Assembly (NCBI RefSeq): GCF_009834535.1
Contig: NC_045712.1
Coordinates: 3,410,001 to 3,474,000 of the forward strand
Length of the DNA: 64,000 bases
Origin: Camelus ferus
Taxonomy: Eukaryota
Direction: 5' to 3'
Position 1 is the first letter of the stretch. Each line of letters opens with the position of its first letter. The notes under the pieces are model-generated. The model worked only from the letters and a program-made list of their open reading frames with translations, ran no database searches and was not told the DNA's origin. Below are positions 1 to 11,960 of the stretch, piece by piece. The translations under genes and the position numbers were made by a program.

Positions 1-184
1 AAATTTCAGGTCCCAATGGTAGAGTGATTTTCTAAAAGTTATAAAACCACAAAGTGGAAAATATGGTTCCAGATTCCTCAGGTTTCTATTATAAAACATC
101 AAAAAAAAAAAAAAAAGATAAAGAACAAAATTCAAGAGTGATTTCTTCTGTGTATGTGCCAAAAAAAAAATTATGTTAGTAATC

Positions 185-335
185 CCTCAGTCTATTGCAA
201 TGTAATTGATATATAACATTGTATTAGTTAAGGTATCCAACATTATGATTAACTATATGGATATATCTTGAAATGATTGTCACAAGTGGTAATTATCTAA
301 AGTTTATTACTATACATAGTTACATTTTTAAAAAA
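185..335 (-). mobile_element. Old L1 (L1MA/L1MB-like) 3' end fragment
   Basis: TATAACATTGTATTAGTTAAGGTATCCAACATTATGAT...GAAATGATTGTCACAAGT...CATAGTTAC resembles the reverse complement of an L1MA-type 3' UTR terminus. Confidence 0.6.
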
Positions 336-1201
336 GTGATTCCATATCACTGAACAAAACATTGATTCATTTCCTTATTTACTGAATTTGGGGATTAATT
401 TAGATAATATGAAATCATAAACAATTAAGAAGTACAACTGATTGCTAATCTCCTTTTCCCTTCCCTCATCTTGAATGCAACTGAACAGAGCAAGTATGTG
501 AAATCCTACGGGAAACACAAGAAATCTAGAGCATCAGCTTCAAACTCGACTGTATTTCCAGTCAGATAAATATTATATTAAAACCAAGTTTTTGTGCAAA
601 TATCACACCACTGGGGAGAAAAGCGTTCCCAAAGAAGGTGTCCAAGAACTCTGCTGAAAAGAAAAAAAGAGGCAAGGGGAGAATTCATTTTCAATTGACA
701 ATTTTTTATTTTGCAAAGATCACTCGTGTGCAACTCCTATTTGCCAGTCCTATCAGAAGTTCATAACTTCTCAGTGAAATTCTATAGAGAATATCACATC
801 AAGTTCTGACAAAAACTCGTGACCCAGACAAATACTGCTGCATTTTTATTGACTCTTTGGCTCAGAGATGTGAATGTATTTTGCTTTTGCTTTATTCTTT
901 GAATTATCTTAATTTCCATGGAAGGGGCACTATTTTCTTCCATGGACAAGACTTTGTCAGAGAATTTCACCCTCTCCTTTAAAGAGAGCACAGAAGATAG
1001 CACATACAAAGCACATGCTGGATCTGAATATATGAATACATTAGCCTAGTGAGTTTTAAACAAATAAATTAAAACTTTACTCATTGCAACACAGAGGGAG
1101 GTGAACAGTTGGAGTTTGAAGAAGTGTTTAAAGACAATTTCATTAGCTGTACATCTGTATTCGAAGCTAAGATAGAATTAGTCTGAGAAAGCAAAGAAGG
1201 T

Positions 1202-1222
1202 GGGAGGGAGGGAGGGAGGGAG
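1202..1222. repeat. (GGGA)n simple repeat
   Basis: Five GGGA units read directly. Confidence 0.9.
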
Positions 1223-2439
1223 AAAGAACATACCAGGAGGAGGTCAGAGGGAGAGATAATGACTATCTCCCCAGGGGGTGGAGGAAAAAAAAAAAGTGAC
1301 AATTCAAAAGGACATGAAATGTTGGGAGTTGAGGGAAAAATAATCTCCTAGGAGAGAATGCAGGCTCACTATACTGTGGCTGCACAGAAAGGAAAGCAAT
1401 TTGGGAAGGTAGCGTGAACACAGTTGAATCTGGTTTTCCCCACAGTGATGTAGCTAACTGGTTAATGGGGAGAAAACTGCTGACAGGCGAAACTGCACAG
1501 GCACTGGGGGTGGGACAGAAGGGTTGATTTTCTGCACAGGAGATGCCCTCTGCACACACAGGTGTTGCTCAGGAAGGCACCTGGTAAGATCTGAGGCCCA
1601 TGCTGACCAGGTGAGAGTCAGGAAGATAGTGGTACTGGTGAAGACCTTCCTCAAGGAAGGTCATTGACTTAATATGATTTAGTTGCCCCCTCTGCAATGC
1701 AGGCGTGATGATATCAGCCATCTTAGGGCTGCTCAGAGCCCAACACAATTTTTATAATGTATTTAAAGCACTGAGACCAGAGGCAGGTGGACAGTAATTA
1801 CTGCTGTCATCATTAGAATCACCAGCATCGTCATCAAAACAGCAGTAAGGAGAAAGCTGCCCAGGACTCTAGGTCATGTTTCAATGGTAAGAAATGTGAA
1901 AAATCAGGTAAAATAATAATAATTAATAGTTACTAAGCAAAAATGAGATGAGTGATATAGTATTCTCTATTCTTAAAATTCTTTAATTCAAATATTAGCA
2001 GATGGTCCAAGAGACTGGGTTAAGGCACAGTAATAAAATGCCTCTATATGTTTGTATCTCTGTGGCTATGGAGAGAACAAGACACAGATTTATCCTTAGA
2101 ATAATGCGGTTATGTAAGAGAAAGAGCCATCAACCCCGTCTTCTTTTCCTTCCGTACCTATAAAAGAGGTTCCGATATGCCTTCTTCTTAGTCAACTTCA
2201 CGACAAGACTAAACACCCTCACCTCTAACCTTTCCTACTCGGTTTTTATCCAGACAGGCCAGAAGACATGCCTGATTTTGGTATTCTCTCCTGCTCTCCC
2301 ACTCCCACTATGTTCTTTCTCCTTTATTTATATTTTGTAATTCAGGATCCACTGACGTATATAAAGTAGATGGAAGTAGACTGCTTGCACGGGGCTCAGT
2401 GGTGAAGAGGGAAGAAGGTTATGCCCTTTTATTACTAAT

Positions 2440-2630
2440 AAATAAATGCCAACAGACATTGTTATTGCACCTTGATTATAGGCTGGTCACTGTGCTAAAT
2501 ATTTTACATCAAACTTCTCAGAGAATTAAGCAATTTCCCAAGTTCATACACAGAGTAACCTACACCTAGACAAAGGTTTCGAACGCAGATTTATCTCAGC
2601 CCCAGGGTCGTGGTCTTTTCCGCCATAGGT
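2440..2630 (-). mobile_element. MIR SINE, degenerate
   Basis: CACTGTGCTAAATATTTTACATC...AAGCAATTTCCCAAGTTCATACA...TTTCGAACGCAG follows the MIR reverse complement. Confidence 0.65.
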
Positions 2631-2734
2631 TGTGCCAAGGCATGAGCTTCTGCTGTTGTAACCTTATGGTTCATTGAGAAGAATACTCACTGAATTTCTC
2701 ACTTAAATCTAGAGTTAAGTTAAAAATTTTAAAT

Positions 2735-2850
2735 CAAGATTGTAAGCTCCTTAAATCGATGCACTAAACTACACATAACTTGGGATGCCCAGCACCTATC
2801 GGTACATGGAATGTAGCAGATTCTTAGCGAATAATCAAATACAGGAATAA
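2735..2850 (+). mobile_element. L2 3' end
   Basis: GATTGTAAGCTCCTT...CCCAGCACCTA...TACATGGAATGTAG resembles the L2 3' terminus (GACTGTAAGCTCC...CCCAGCGCCTAG). Confidence 0.55.
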
Positions 2851-4199
2851 ACTAATAAAGAATATAAATATTTTCAAGGAAATCAAAAGGTTTAACTTAA
2901 AGAAAATATTTTTCCTCCAAATTCACTTGCTACTGTATCAAAAGACTCTAGGACATCATTAGCCAATCTAACCAAAAATCATTATCTCAAATGGGAGAAG
3001 AGCTGACCAAGGCAAGTCAAATCTTTTGTCCTCAGCACCCTTAATAATAAAATTCCATGTCCATACACATAAGAGTTTAGACATGTTATAATATAACAAG
3101 AAAACAATTATCAAGTCATCATTATTTTGAGAAAAGTAACTCAAACCTTCCCAATTTAATCCTTCCTCTGAAAGCAATTAGCCATGTAGACTCGGGCAAA
3201 TGAATTCATCTTTTTGCTCTTTGGTTTTCAAACCTGTCCAAAGGATGAGAGCACAACTCTGACAGTCTGTGAATCTCTGACCGCGGAAATAACATATTTG
3301 CTACAGTGGACTGCTATGTTAACCACTGGCCTAGCCTTCAAAGTTCCTTAGAAAATAATGCTTTCTTCTGTATCTCAAGTTGAGCCTGAGCTGTTTGTTT
3401 TGACATTCGTTTCCACATCAACAAGCAGACTGCGTTTTTAGCTGTGTTAATTCCTTTCTGGTGTGGATGTCATGTAAGTGGAAGCACTATGGCTGAAATG
3501 AGGGAGTTTATATTGATTTTTGTTCCCTTTTAGTTAAGTAGTTCAAGCAAAATAATCACGCTTTCTTCAGATCCTCTTCATCCAGGAAACTTTCTTTTTT
3601 GTATAAAAACTATTTCAAGACTGGCCTGGGACAGAAGCATCCGATGATGGGGACAGCGGGCATGGTTAATAACAGACTCAACATGGATTGTTAATTTCAG
3701 CCACCAGGGGTCTGGTGCGGACAGGAAGGAAGTGAAAAGATGTCCCTAGGGGTGCTCTTAAGGGGCAAAACTGAAAATGGGTGAAGTCAGTGCGCATCCT
3801 GACTCCTCAAGATCACCCTCGCAGCTCACATGCTCTCCTCCCCTTCCAAAAGTCCTTCTTTCACTTTCAGGGGGATCCAGTGTGACACCTCAGGCGAGTT
3901 AGTCAGAGTTCATTCTCCCACAGCAATTTGTCCCTCATTCTTTTTCTTTTAGTACAAGTAGTTGCCCTTTTGTAAGTGGAAGAGAGACGGGGACTAGGGT
4001 TTGAGAAACTTGGATTCAGATTATGATTATGCCCCTAGTTACCTTGGCCAACCCAGTTAACTCGTCCCTGTGGGTCTAACACCCTGTTAATCATGTCTGG
4101 GGGCAGGTGGCCCCAAGTAACTTTGACTTCCTGACACTAAGGCAGGCGCTCTGAGAAGGCAGGGATACTTCTATTAATTTGGTTTCTCAAAAAACTGAT

Positions 4200-5040
4200 T
4201 TATTTTTTACTGAGCTGTAATTCAGATAGCATGTAACTCACTCTTAAAATGTACAATTAGGTGGTGCTCTGGTCTAAAGGTCTGTGCCTTCCATATTCAT
4301 ATGTTGAAAGCTGATGCCCGACGTGATGTGATGTGATGATATCAGGAGGTAGAGTCCTTCGGAGGACAGAGCCCTCACGAGTGGGATTAGTGTCTTCATA
4401 GAACAGACCCCAGAGAAATCCACTATCCCTTCCATCACGTGAAGACACAGAGAGAAGCGGACAATCCGCAATTTGGAAGAAGTCTTTGATCAGAACCTGA
4501 TCAAGCTGACACCTCGACTTCGGACTCCCAGCCTCCAGAACTGTGAACAGTAAGTTTCTGTTGCTGGTAAGCCACCCAGTCTGTGGTATTTTGTTATAGC
4601 TTGAAGAGACTAAGAAGTGGTTCCTAGTATACCCGAAAGATTGTTCAAGCATCATCACTAGATAATTCAAGAATATTTTATCACCTTAAAAGAAACCACA
4701 TATCCAATAGCAACCACTCCCTACACCTTCTTGTGACCTGCTCTGGTTCACTCAACCTTTTGGTGTCTAGGGGTTTACCTTTTCTGGACACTTCATATAA
4801 ATAGACTCATACAATATGAGGTGTTTTGTGTTTAGCTTCATTCACTTTGCGTAATACTTTCAAGGTTTATCCATGTTGTAATACCAGTACTCCACTCCTT
4901 TTTATGACTGAATAATATTTCACCACATAGGCATATGGCATTTTGTTTATCTGTTCATCCAATTGACAGAAATCTGGGTTGTTCCAGTTTTCTGGCTACT
5001 ATGAATTATAACACTATGCATATTTGCGTACAAATTACTT
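4200..5040 (-). mobile_element. L1MB-like 3' UTR interrupted by an MLT1A LTR
   Basis: GTACAATTAG-GTGG left of the LTR continues as AGTGGTTCCTAGTAT...CATACAATATGAGGTGTTTTGTG...ATCCATGTTGTA...GCTACTATGAAT on the right, the reverse complement of an L1MB 3' UTR. Confidence 0.85.
4265..4615 (+). mobile_element. MLT1A/MLT1A0 solo LTR (ERVL-MaLR)
   Basis: ATTCATATGTTGAAA, GAGCCCTCACGAGTGGGATTAGTG, CCAGCCTCCAGAACTGTGA, AAGCCACCCAGTCTGTGGTATTTTGTTATAGC and GACTAAGA end; 5-bp TSD GGTGG/AGTGG. Confidence 0.9.
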
Positions 5041-5569
5041 CTGTTTTGGTCAACGCAATCTGCAGGTTCTCTGGAAATACTTAAAAAAAAAAATATCCTC
5101 TGGTCTTCACTGTTTCAGTGTTTTTGCTGACGTAAGACTTTGCAGTCCCTGCTTCTATAAAGGCATCTTAGAGGGCCTGTGATAATGCAAACACTCACCC
5201 CATTCTTTGAATCAACAGCTTAGTGCATTTATATTTTGTATCTCTCCCATCTACACTTGTCCCTGAATCACCTTCCCTTCAGGGCTACCACCCTGGGTTC
5301 CTATTCCCACAAAGATCACAAAAGGGAATTATTCTCAGCTACAGCTGTAGGTTAGGAATTATTAGGTTAGGTCCTTTATTGTCTATGACTGCTATTCAAT
5401 AGCAATACAACAGGAGGCACAAATGTAATTTAAAATTTTCCAGTACCCATGTTAACTGGCAAAGTGAGTATGTTTTATCCAACTCAATATACTCATTTCA
5501 ACATCACTGATGTAAAAATAGCGGGTGCGGTATTTTATATTCCTTCTTTGTATAAAGCTTCCCACATCC

Positions 5570-5856
5570 AAGGGCAGGACTACAGGCACAGAAAGGAGAG
5601 TGATGTGAAGATGGAAGCAGGGGTGGAAGGGATGATGGGGCTTCGAGCCAAGGACCCCCAAGGATGGCTGCTGGAACCAGATACTACAAAGAAGCATGGA
5701 AGGGCTCTTCCCCAGAGTCTTCAGGGGGAGCACTGACCCTGCCACCATCTTGATTTCAGATTCCTAGCCTATGGACTGTCGGAGAATAAATATCTGTGAC
5801 TGTAACCCTCTCAAGTTAGTGGTCGTCTGGTACAACAGCCCTCGGAAACGACTACA
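5570..5856 (+). mobile_element. MLT1C/D-like LTR, 3' part
   Basis: GATGTGAAGATGGAAGCAG, AGCCAAGGA, ACCCTGCCACCATCTTGATTTCAGA, GAATAAATATCTGT and GGAAACGACTACA terminus. Confidence 0.8.
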
Positions 5857-6729
5857 GATTTTGGTAACTCAGTTTGGACCAGACACATTTCAAGTGCTCA
5901 AGAGCCAGCCACGTGCGGCTAATTTGAGCGCAGTTTTAACATCTTCAGAGAGAGCGTCTTCTGTGGTCATTTTCCAAACATTGCTTTAGAAATGAGAACC
6001 CTTGGAGACAAGTCGGAATTCACATCTGAAGAGGTGAGCCCTCTGCCTTAGGATCATTTCTTTCCAAAACTAAATAATCTGTTACTTTCCTTAAGGGAAA
6101 GGATTCTTGATTACTCGGAGAAGACAAAACAGCCCAGCAATCCACGAGGGGTTCTGCAAAATATGAAAACCATTTTTCTTTTATCTCTCTGAGCACAGAA
6201 CTCACACCTAATAACATGTACATTATTGTTTACCAAAACGATCGGTAATTGTACTCGAGTCGCAGGCTCAGGAGACGCTTTTTTCCTTTATTTTCTACTT
6301 TCCAAAGATGCTGCAATCTAGTCTTAGTTCCCTTTGAAATTAAAGAATAACCTCTTTTTTGCTTTCATGACATCACAAAACAGAAAGAGCAAGCCAAGGC
6401 CAATATCACACCTGTTAGTGCGTGTGGTTCACAGGCAGGGAAAGAAGGCTCAGCAGAAAAATTGAACCATTTCAATATTCAGGACACCTCTTCAACGTAA
6501 AAAACCTTCCTTTATATCGTCGGGTATTCAATAAGCTGCACTGAAAGCTAGAATGACTTGGGTAAAAAAGTAGCATATACACCAGAGGGGAAAGGAAACG
6601 GCTGGATTAGAATCAGCAAGCCTTGCCCTTGATGCCAGGCCTGTAACCTTGAGCAGGCCGCCGACCACTCAGATTCTTGTACGTACAGTGGGGATAATGA
6701 TGGTGCCTGCTTCTCAAGAGTGTGGACTA

Positions 6730-6913
6730 TGACTCTCAAGCTTTTGTAAGCATCAGAGTCCCCTGCAGGGCGTGTTAAAACGCAGAGTGGAGAACTCACC
6801 TCCAGAGTTAGGATCCTCCAGGTCTGGGGCTGAGGCCCGGGAACCTGCATGTCAGATGAGTTACCAGGTGTTACTGATGCAGCTCATCTCTGGACGACAT
6901 TTTGAGAACCGCT
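6730..6913. mobile_element. MER5A (hAT-Charlie MITE)
   Basis: CTCTCAAGCTT...GCATCAGAGTCCCCTGCAGGGCGTGTTAAAACGCAGA...GGTCTGGGGCTGAGGCCC...ACATTTTGAGAACCGCTG follows the MER5A consensus end to end. Confidence 0.85.
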
Positions 6914-6979
6914 GGTTCGTAGTATTTTACAAGACGGTAAAGGCCCAGGAGAACAAGGACTATGGGTCAATGGATATCA

Positions 6980-7190
6980 TAGTGTAACAGTTAGAAGCCC
7001 CAGCTTTCCAGCTGGGTAGAGCCGAATTCAAATACTGCCTTGGACCAGTATGAGCTCTGACTCCTTTGGCAGGTCACGGGACCGCTCACCTAGGGGATGG
7101 GTTGTTGTGTGGTTAAACGGGGTACTGTACTCAAGGATATGATACTCCATCTGGCACAGAAAAGTTCAAAAGAATGTTTACTCTTAATAA
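6980..7190 (+). mobile_element. MIR SINE
   Basis: TTAGAAGCCCCAGCTTT...GAATTCAAAT...GGGTTGTTGTGTGGTTAAA...CTGGCACAGAAAAGTTCAAAAGAATGTT. Confidence 0.6.
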
Positions 7191-7775
7191 TATTACTGAA
7201 GTTATCTCTAGCCCCTAACCGGCTTGTTAAACAGACTGTTCAGCAAATATATAGACTAACAGGGGCTAAACAAATTAAGGGCATTATTAGGGTGGTGTGG
7301 GACTACATCCTCATCAAACTCCATTCTTCCTAGAGGTGAAATGCCTTATTAACCTCACCAACGGGAGTCTGGGAGGAGAGGAATGGAAGGATACGGCCCA
7401 CAAGGGAGTCTGCTCCAGCCCCTGCACCACACACATCAGGGGCATCTGTGTGCTCCTTTCTTTATCTTGGCTGTTTCAGTGTTTGGTAAAAGGCATTAAA
7501 AAAAAATCTTCTATCATTTTGAACCACCAAATTCTTCTCTTTTCAGAACCCTGATCTCTTTGCAACTTGATAAATTTCTAGGTGTCCCATCATGGACACC
7601 TCTCCAGCTCTTTCCCAGTGCCAGGCTCCCAGATAGATGGCTCCACTGGCACCTGTCTGGGGGCCTTGGTGCCAGGAGGCAGACCCTAAAAGTTGTGGCT
7701 GCTAAACATGTGTATGGATGCCTACTGGTTCGGTGCTGCTGGTGATGATGACGATGATGATATTAACAGCAACTA

Positions 7776-8061
7776 CTCACAGACACAGAAAACAAACTTA
7801 TGGTTATGTGGGTGGGGTGGGGTGGGAAGGGATACACTGGGAGTTCGAGATATGCAGATACTAACATATATAAAACAAACAAGCTCATACAATATAGCAC
7901 AGGGAACTATATTCAACATCTTGTAGTAACTTAACCATGAAAAAGAATATGAAAGCAAATATATGAATGTTCATGTATGACTGAAGCATTATGCTGTACA
8001 CCAGAAACTGACACAACATTGTAAACTGATACGTCAATAAAAAATATAAATATTGAAAAAA
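7776..8061 (+). mobile_element. Young 5'-truncated L1 (3' UTR only), Cetartiodactyla/camelid type
   Basis: G-tract, TATAGCACAGGGAACTATATTCAA, TGCTGTACACCAGAAA, AATAAA plus A tail; perfect 11-bp TSD AACAGCAACTA at 7765-7775 and 8062-8072. Confidence 0.92.
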
Positions 8062-8529
8062 AACAGCAACTAACACTGAGTTCATGTTACTAAGTCAAAT
8101 ATCGTCCTAAGAAGTCTACACATATAAATAAGTTCAATCAGTTTAGGAATTTGTCTTTCATAGGGGCTTACCACTGTTATTATAGATGAGGTCACCTTGC
8201 AAAAAGGTGGTGGAAGGGCAACAAATGTGCTCTAAACTCGGCTATACAACCTTCAACCACTGAAGAAGGGCCCCACATGGGTGCGCTCACAGGCTGATAC
8301 TGGCGAGGGCACCAGCAGCAGCCTCGATGCCAAGAGGGCAGGGACGATCTTCCACATGGAGTAAAACTACATCCTGCGAGAGCAGCACAACGCCTGGCAC
8401 TGGCCGGTCCTCAAATATGCACTGAACCACACAGGGAGTGCTTGCTGAGTGTCAGACACCGTGCCAGCCCCACAGAACACATACACGATCTCAGTCTTCA
8501 TCAGCACCCCAATGACATCAATCTGCCCA

Positions 8530-8680
8530 CTCTGTCCGTTTCACACGAGGAAGAGAAAAAAAACTTCAAGACTTAGGGAGGTAAAAATCGCTTGATCACA
8601 CAGCTGATGTGGCAGACGAATCAATTTCATTTCAAAGGCCACGCTCCTAACTCCCAGCTCTGCTGCGTCGCCAGGCCGCG
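8530..8680 (-). mobile_element. MIR SINE
   Basis: Reverse complement reads TCTGCCACATCAGCTGTGTGATCAAGCGATTTTTACCTCCCTAAG...CTCGTGTGAAACGG, the MIR core. Confidence 0.6.
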
Positions 8681-10919
8681 TTCCTGGCGGGGTGCGCAAT
8701 GCCACGCGGTATCCTTCACCCACCTTCCAGCTCTGCTGGGATACCGTCAACCCCACGTTTCAACACAGAATGATCACACCAGCTGATAATGAATGTACGT
8801 CTGGATTTTCCCTTGTCTCTTTGTTCTCCTCTCTTTCTAATTTGTTTCATTCAACAGACTTCAATCTTTTTTTTCCTTTTTTCTTTTTTAAAGACATAAC
8901 ATGCCCTAGACTCTATCAGTAACGGAGTTTTATTTATAGTTAAGACATCCTGCCTGGCTGAGCATATCTAATGAAGCCGTTAATGACTCTGCATCAGGAG
9001 AGGTCTTAAATTGAGTATTTCTAATAACTTCTGGTGTGTCTGACTGCCACTCTCTGTCCATGCCTGTGGGGATACAAAATTGCTGCCAGTTTCTCTATTT
9101 ACCTCAACATCTTCATTACGGATTAATATTTTCCCACCGTGAAATATATTTAAACACTTAAATTGATGCTCAAAAGGAGTTTTGCATTTGCTGCTTACTA
9201 TTTTCTGGGCATCCTTCTCCGCATTCTTCTGCTGAATTTTCTTCACTGGAGTCACTGCTTTTTAATCTAGTTTTTCACTTTCTTCTCGCTAATCTTTCTA
9301 CTGCTTTGGCTTCATTTCATGGCCACGGTTATGAGACAGCACAGAGAAATTAGGAAATCCATTCTTTGGCTTCAGTCAGCATGACTGTAAACGCAGTGGC
9401 CAGTCAGTTTCTTAGAAGGTGAAACAATAAAATAAGAAGCCAGTACAGCATGCGCTTTGCGGTAACTGCATGAAAACTAACATTTACTCAACTCTCCTTT
9501 GATCTGAATTGAATGCCTGTTACTTCTGCAAAAAGCAGAGGCAGTAAGAGGTTTAATATCTGACTAGAATTGTGAAATTATTTGAAAGTCGCTTGTTCTC
9601 CTGTTTATTTTGGGGGAAAAGATGAGTCTTGAGAACTGAAATGCTGTACCTGGCTACCCTGTGAGGCCAAGCTTTGAAACTACCTTCTGTGTGCTCGGCA
9701 TTCTGGTGGGGCTGTCTGGGCACGAGGAGGAGGGGAGGGTGTTGGATGCTGGTCCTGAGCTTTGCGGAACATCTGATTAAGAGGCAGCTCGGTAAGACTG
9801 GGCTTAACCGAGTTCTATTATCAACATCAACAAATACTGGGGGTTCCTACTGTGCGTGTGTGCTCTCTGACCCTAGAACAAGCCAAAACCGTCCACAGTC
9901 TACTTCAGTCTCTAGCAAGGCACTTCCTGAGCCTGAAATGCCTTCTAGGGACCACTGGGCGGTGTCTCCACGTGCTCTGATTGCAGGCAGTGGCCCTTGG
10001 TTTGCATTTCTTACTTGTATTATTTCATAGACTCAAGCTACATCCCTGTGATTAACTATTCCACCGAGCACACCTCCTTGCTCCAATTTCGTCGACACTC
10101 ACTAACCCCTGAATATGCCTCTCTTGAACTTTTCCTCCACTGCGTACCTCAAATGCAGCTGTAACAGTGGCAGAGATTTTGTGAACAAATCGACAAAACG
10201 CTTGCATTTGGAGAGGATGCACCTTCTCAAAAAGAGGTAAGTGTTGAAGTTGGTAAATGGCCCCACAGAGATGGGAGTAAATTTAGCCTTTCTGAAACCA
10301 AGATCGACTGAGGATACATCATACATTTTTTTTCGCCCATTCACAGAGGGTCTTTCAGTATCTCTAAGCCTCTTGCTCCCATGGAGCAGCCATTTTATTC
10401 TTTCCCTCAAATCCGCTGATGTGGACAGAATCCATAACACAGAGTAAGGCAAAGGACCCACGTGAAATTTCATAGTAGTTGAATAAAGTTTCAGGCTTAG
10501 CTCTAACCCTCTCAGCATATATATCTGCCTTTCAAATCGTGTGTACAGACAGAACCATACATTCATAGGATTAAAAAGGGCTTTAGGGACCATCTGTTGA
10601 ATGCCTTCCTCGTACAGAAGGATAAACTGAATCCCAGAGGCAAACATGACTTGCCCAGTAGCTGGCTAATAATAAAACTAGTAAGTAGTGAAAAGAGTAA
10701 GAGATTTGGTTAACAGTAAAACTACCTGGTTGCAGGACCTGGACAATACTTACAGGCGCACCACTACAGAGGCATGTGTCCAGGTGCTCACACAAGTACT
10801 TACACGCATATGCACACATGGACCTACATCAGAGTCATCTCTGTCAAAACTATGCTTCCTGTCTGGTCTCCTCCTAATCACTGATGTGACCAATACTGGG
10901 CTGCCTCTCTGCTATCCAT

Positions 10920-11200
10920 GGGTGTGCTCATGCTTTTGGTTTGGATTCCCCCAAAAGCAGAGCCTGAGAGGACTTTGAAACAGTCAGTTTATTTGGAAGA
11001 CCATACCAGAAGTAGCCGTGAGAAGGATAAGGGAGAAGGTTGCCTGTGGGCAACCAGGATTCAGTCTTGGGAGGACCTGGAAAGAACTGTGGAGAATGTG
11101 CCTGGACATCATCCTTCCAAACGAGGCATTTGTCTACAGATTCTCAGGCCCAATGTGTGAGGACTGCACTCAAGGAGGGAGTTGATTTCTCATAGTTCCC
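10920..11200 (-). mobile_element. Ancient ERVL-class LTR (LTR16/MLT-like; subfamily uncertain)
   Basis: GGATTCCCCCAAAAGCAGAGCCTGAGA...AGTTTATTTGGAAG...TGTGGGCAACCAGGATTCA resembles the reverse complement of an ERVL LTR 3' end. Confidence 0.6.
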
Positions 11201-11473
11201 CTTGCTTGTGACCTTAGAGAAAGACTTGGGGCAAAATAATACAGAGTAGGGAGAGTCCAGCCAGCTGTGATTAAAAGCGGAACTGGGCGAGGCGGGAAGG
11301 GTGGCACCAAAAACAATCTGATATAGAGTTCAAGGCATACAGACCAATTTTAATACTTTATATATTTCAATCTAATTTTAAAAAACACATTTGTATGAAT
11401 TAGCCTCAGAGGTGGCTAGTTGACCACCTTAAAATGAAGGTGGCAAGAGCATGCCTTGTGTCCACAGTTCTCT

Positions 11474-11490
11474 CGCGCGCGCGCGCATGT
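11474..11490. repeat. (CG)6 dinucleotide run with alternating purine/pyrimidine extension
   Basis: CGCGCGCGCGCGCATGT read directly. Confidence 0.95.
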
Positions 11491-11509
11491 CTGGCCAGTA
11501 TGCAACATC

Positions 11510-11960
11510 TGTTCATCTGATGTGTGTTTATTCATGTAGTGAACGGCACTATGTACTGGGCATTTTGAAGATGCTGGGTGTACAGCATGGAACAGAAATA
11601 TCCGTAAGAAAGACAGAACTATCTGCCTTAATAAAGCTTCAATCCAGTGGGAAAAGACATTTAGCATAAAGACAAATACATAGTTATTCATGTATCAGTA
11701 AGAACTCTGAAGAAAAATAAGAAGAGGGGTATAAAATGTTGATGAAAAGAGTTCTTACTATTTTAATTTATTTACTGTGGTCAAGGGAAGCCTCACCGAT
11801 CAGGTGGCATTTGAGCACCAGATTCATAGAAGGCGAGAGGGTGAGTGATGGGACATCTGGGGCAAAAGCATTACTGGAAAAAGGAAGAGTTACTACAAAG
11901 ACCCTGAGGTCTACTTACTTGGTGCTGTGTCTGATGACAAAGAAACTAAATGCCTGAAAT
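11510..11960 (-). mobile_element. L2 3' region
   Basis: GCACTATGTACTGGGCATT...GGGTGTACAGCATGGAACAGA...GTGGTCAAGGGAAGCCTCAC...GTGGCATTTGAGC...CAAAGACCCTGAGG. Confidence 0.8.

Noticed and set aside
1-16. 16-mer AAATTTCAGGTCCCAA repeated at 36279-36294
   Set aside because: About one such match is expected by chance in 64 kb of AT-rich DNA; flanks are unrelated
10102-10647. Longest gap-free ORF (181 aa, minus)
   Set aside because: No recognisable domain, low-information composition, no splice or promoter context; likely chance
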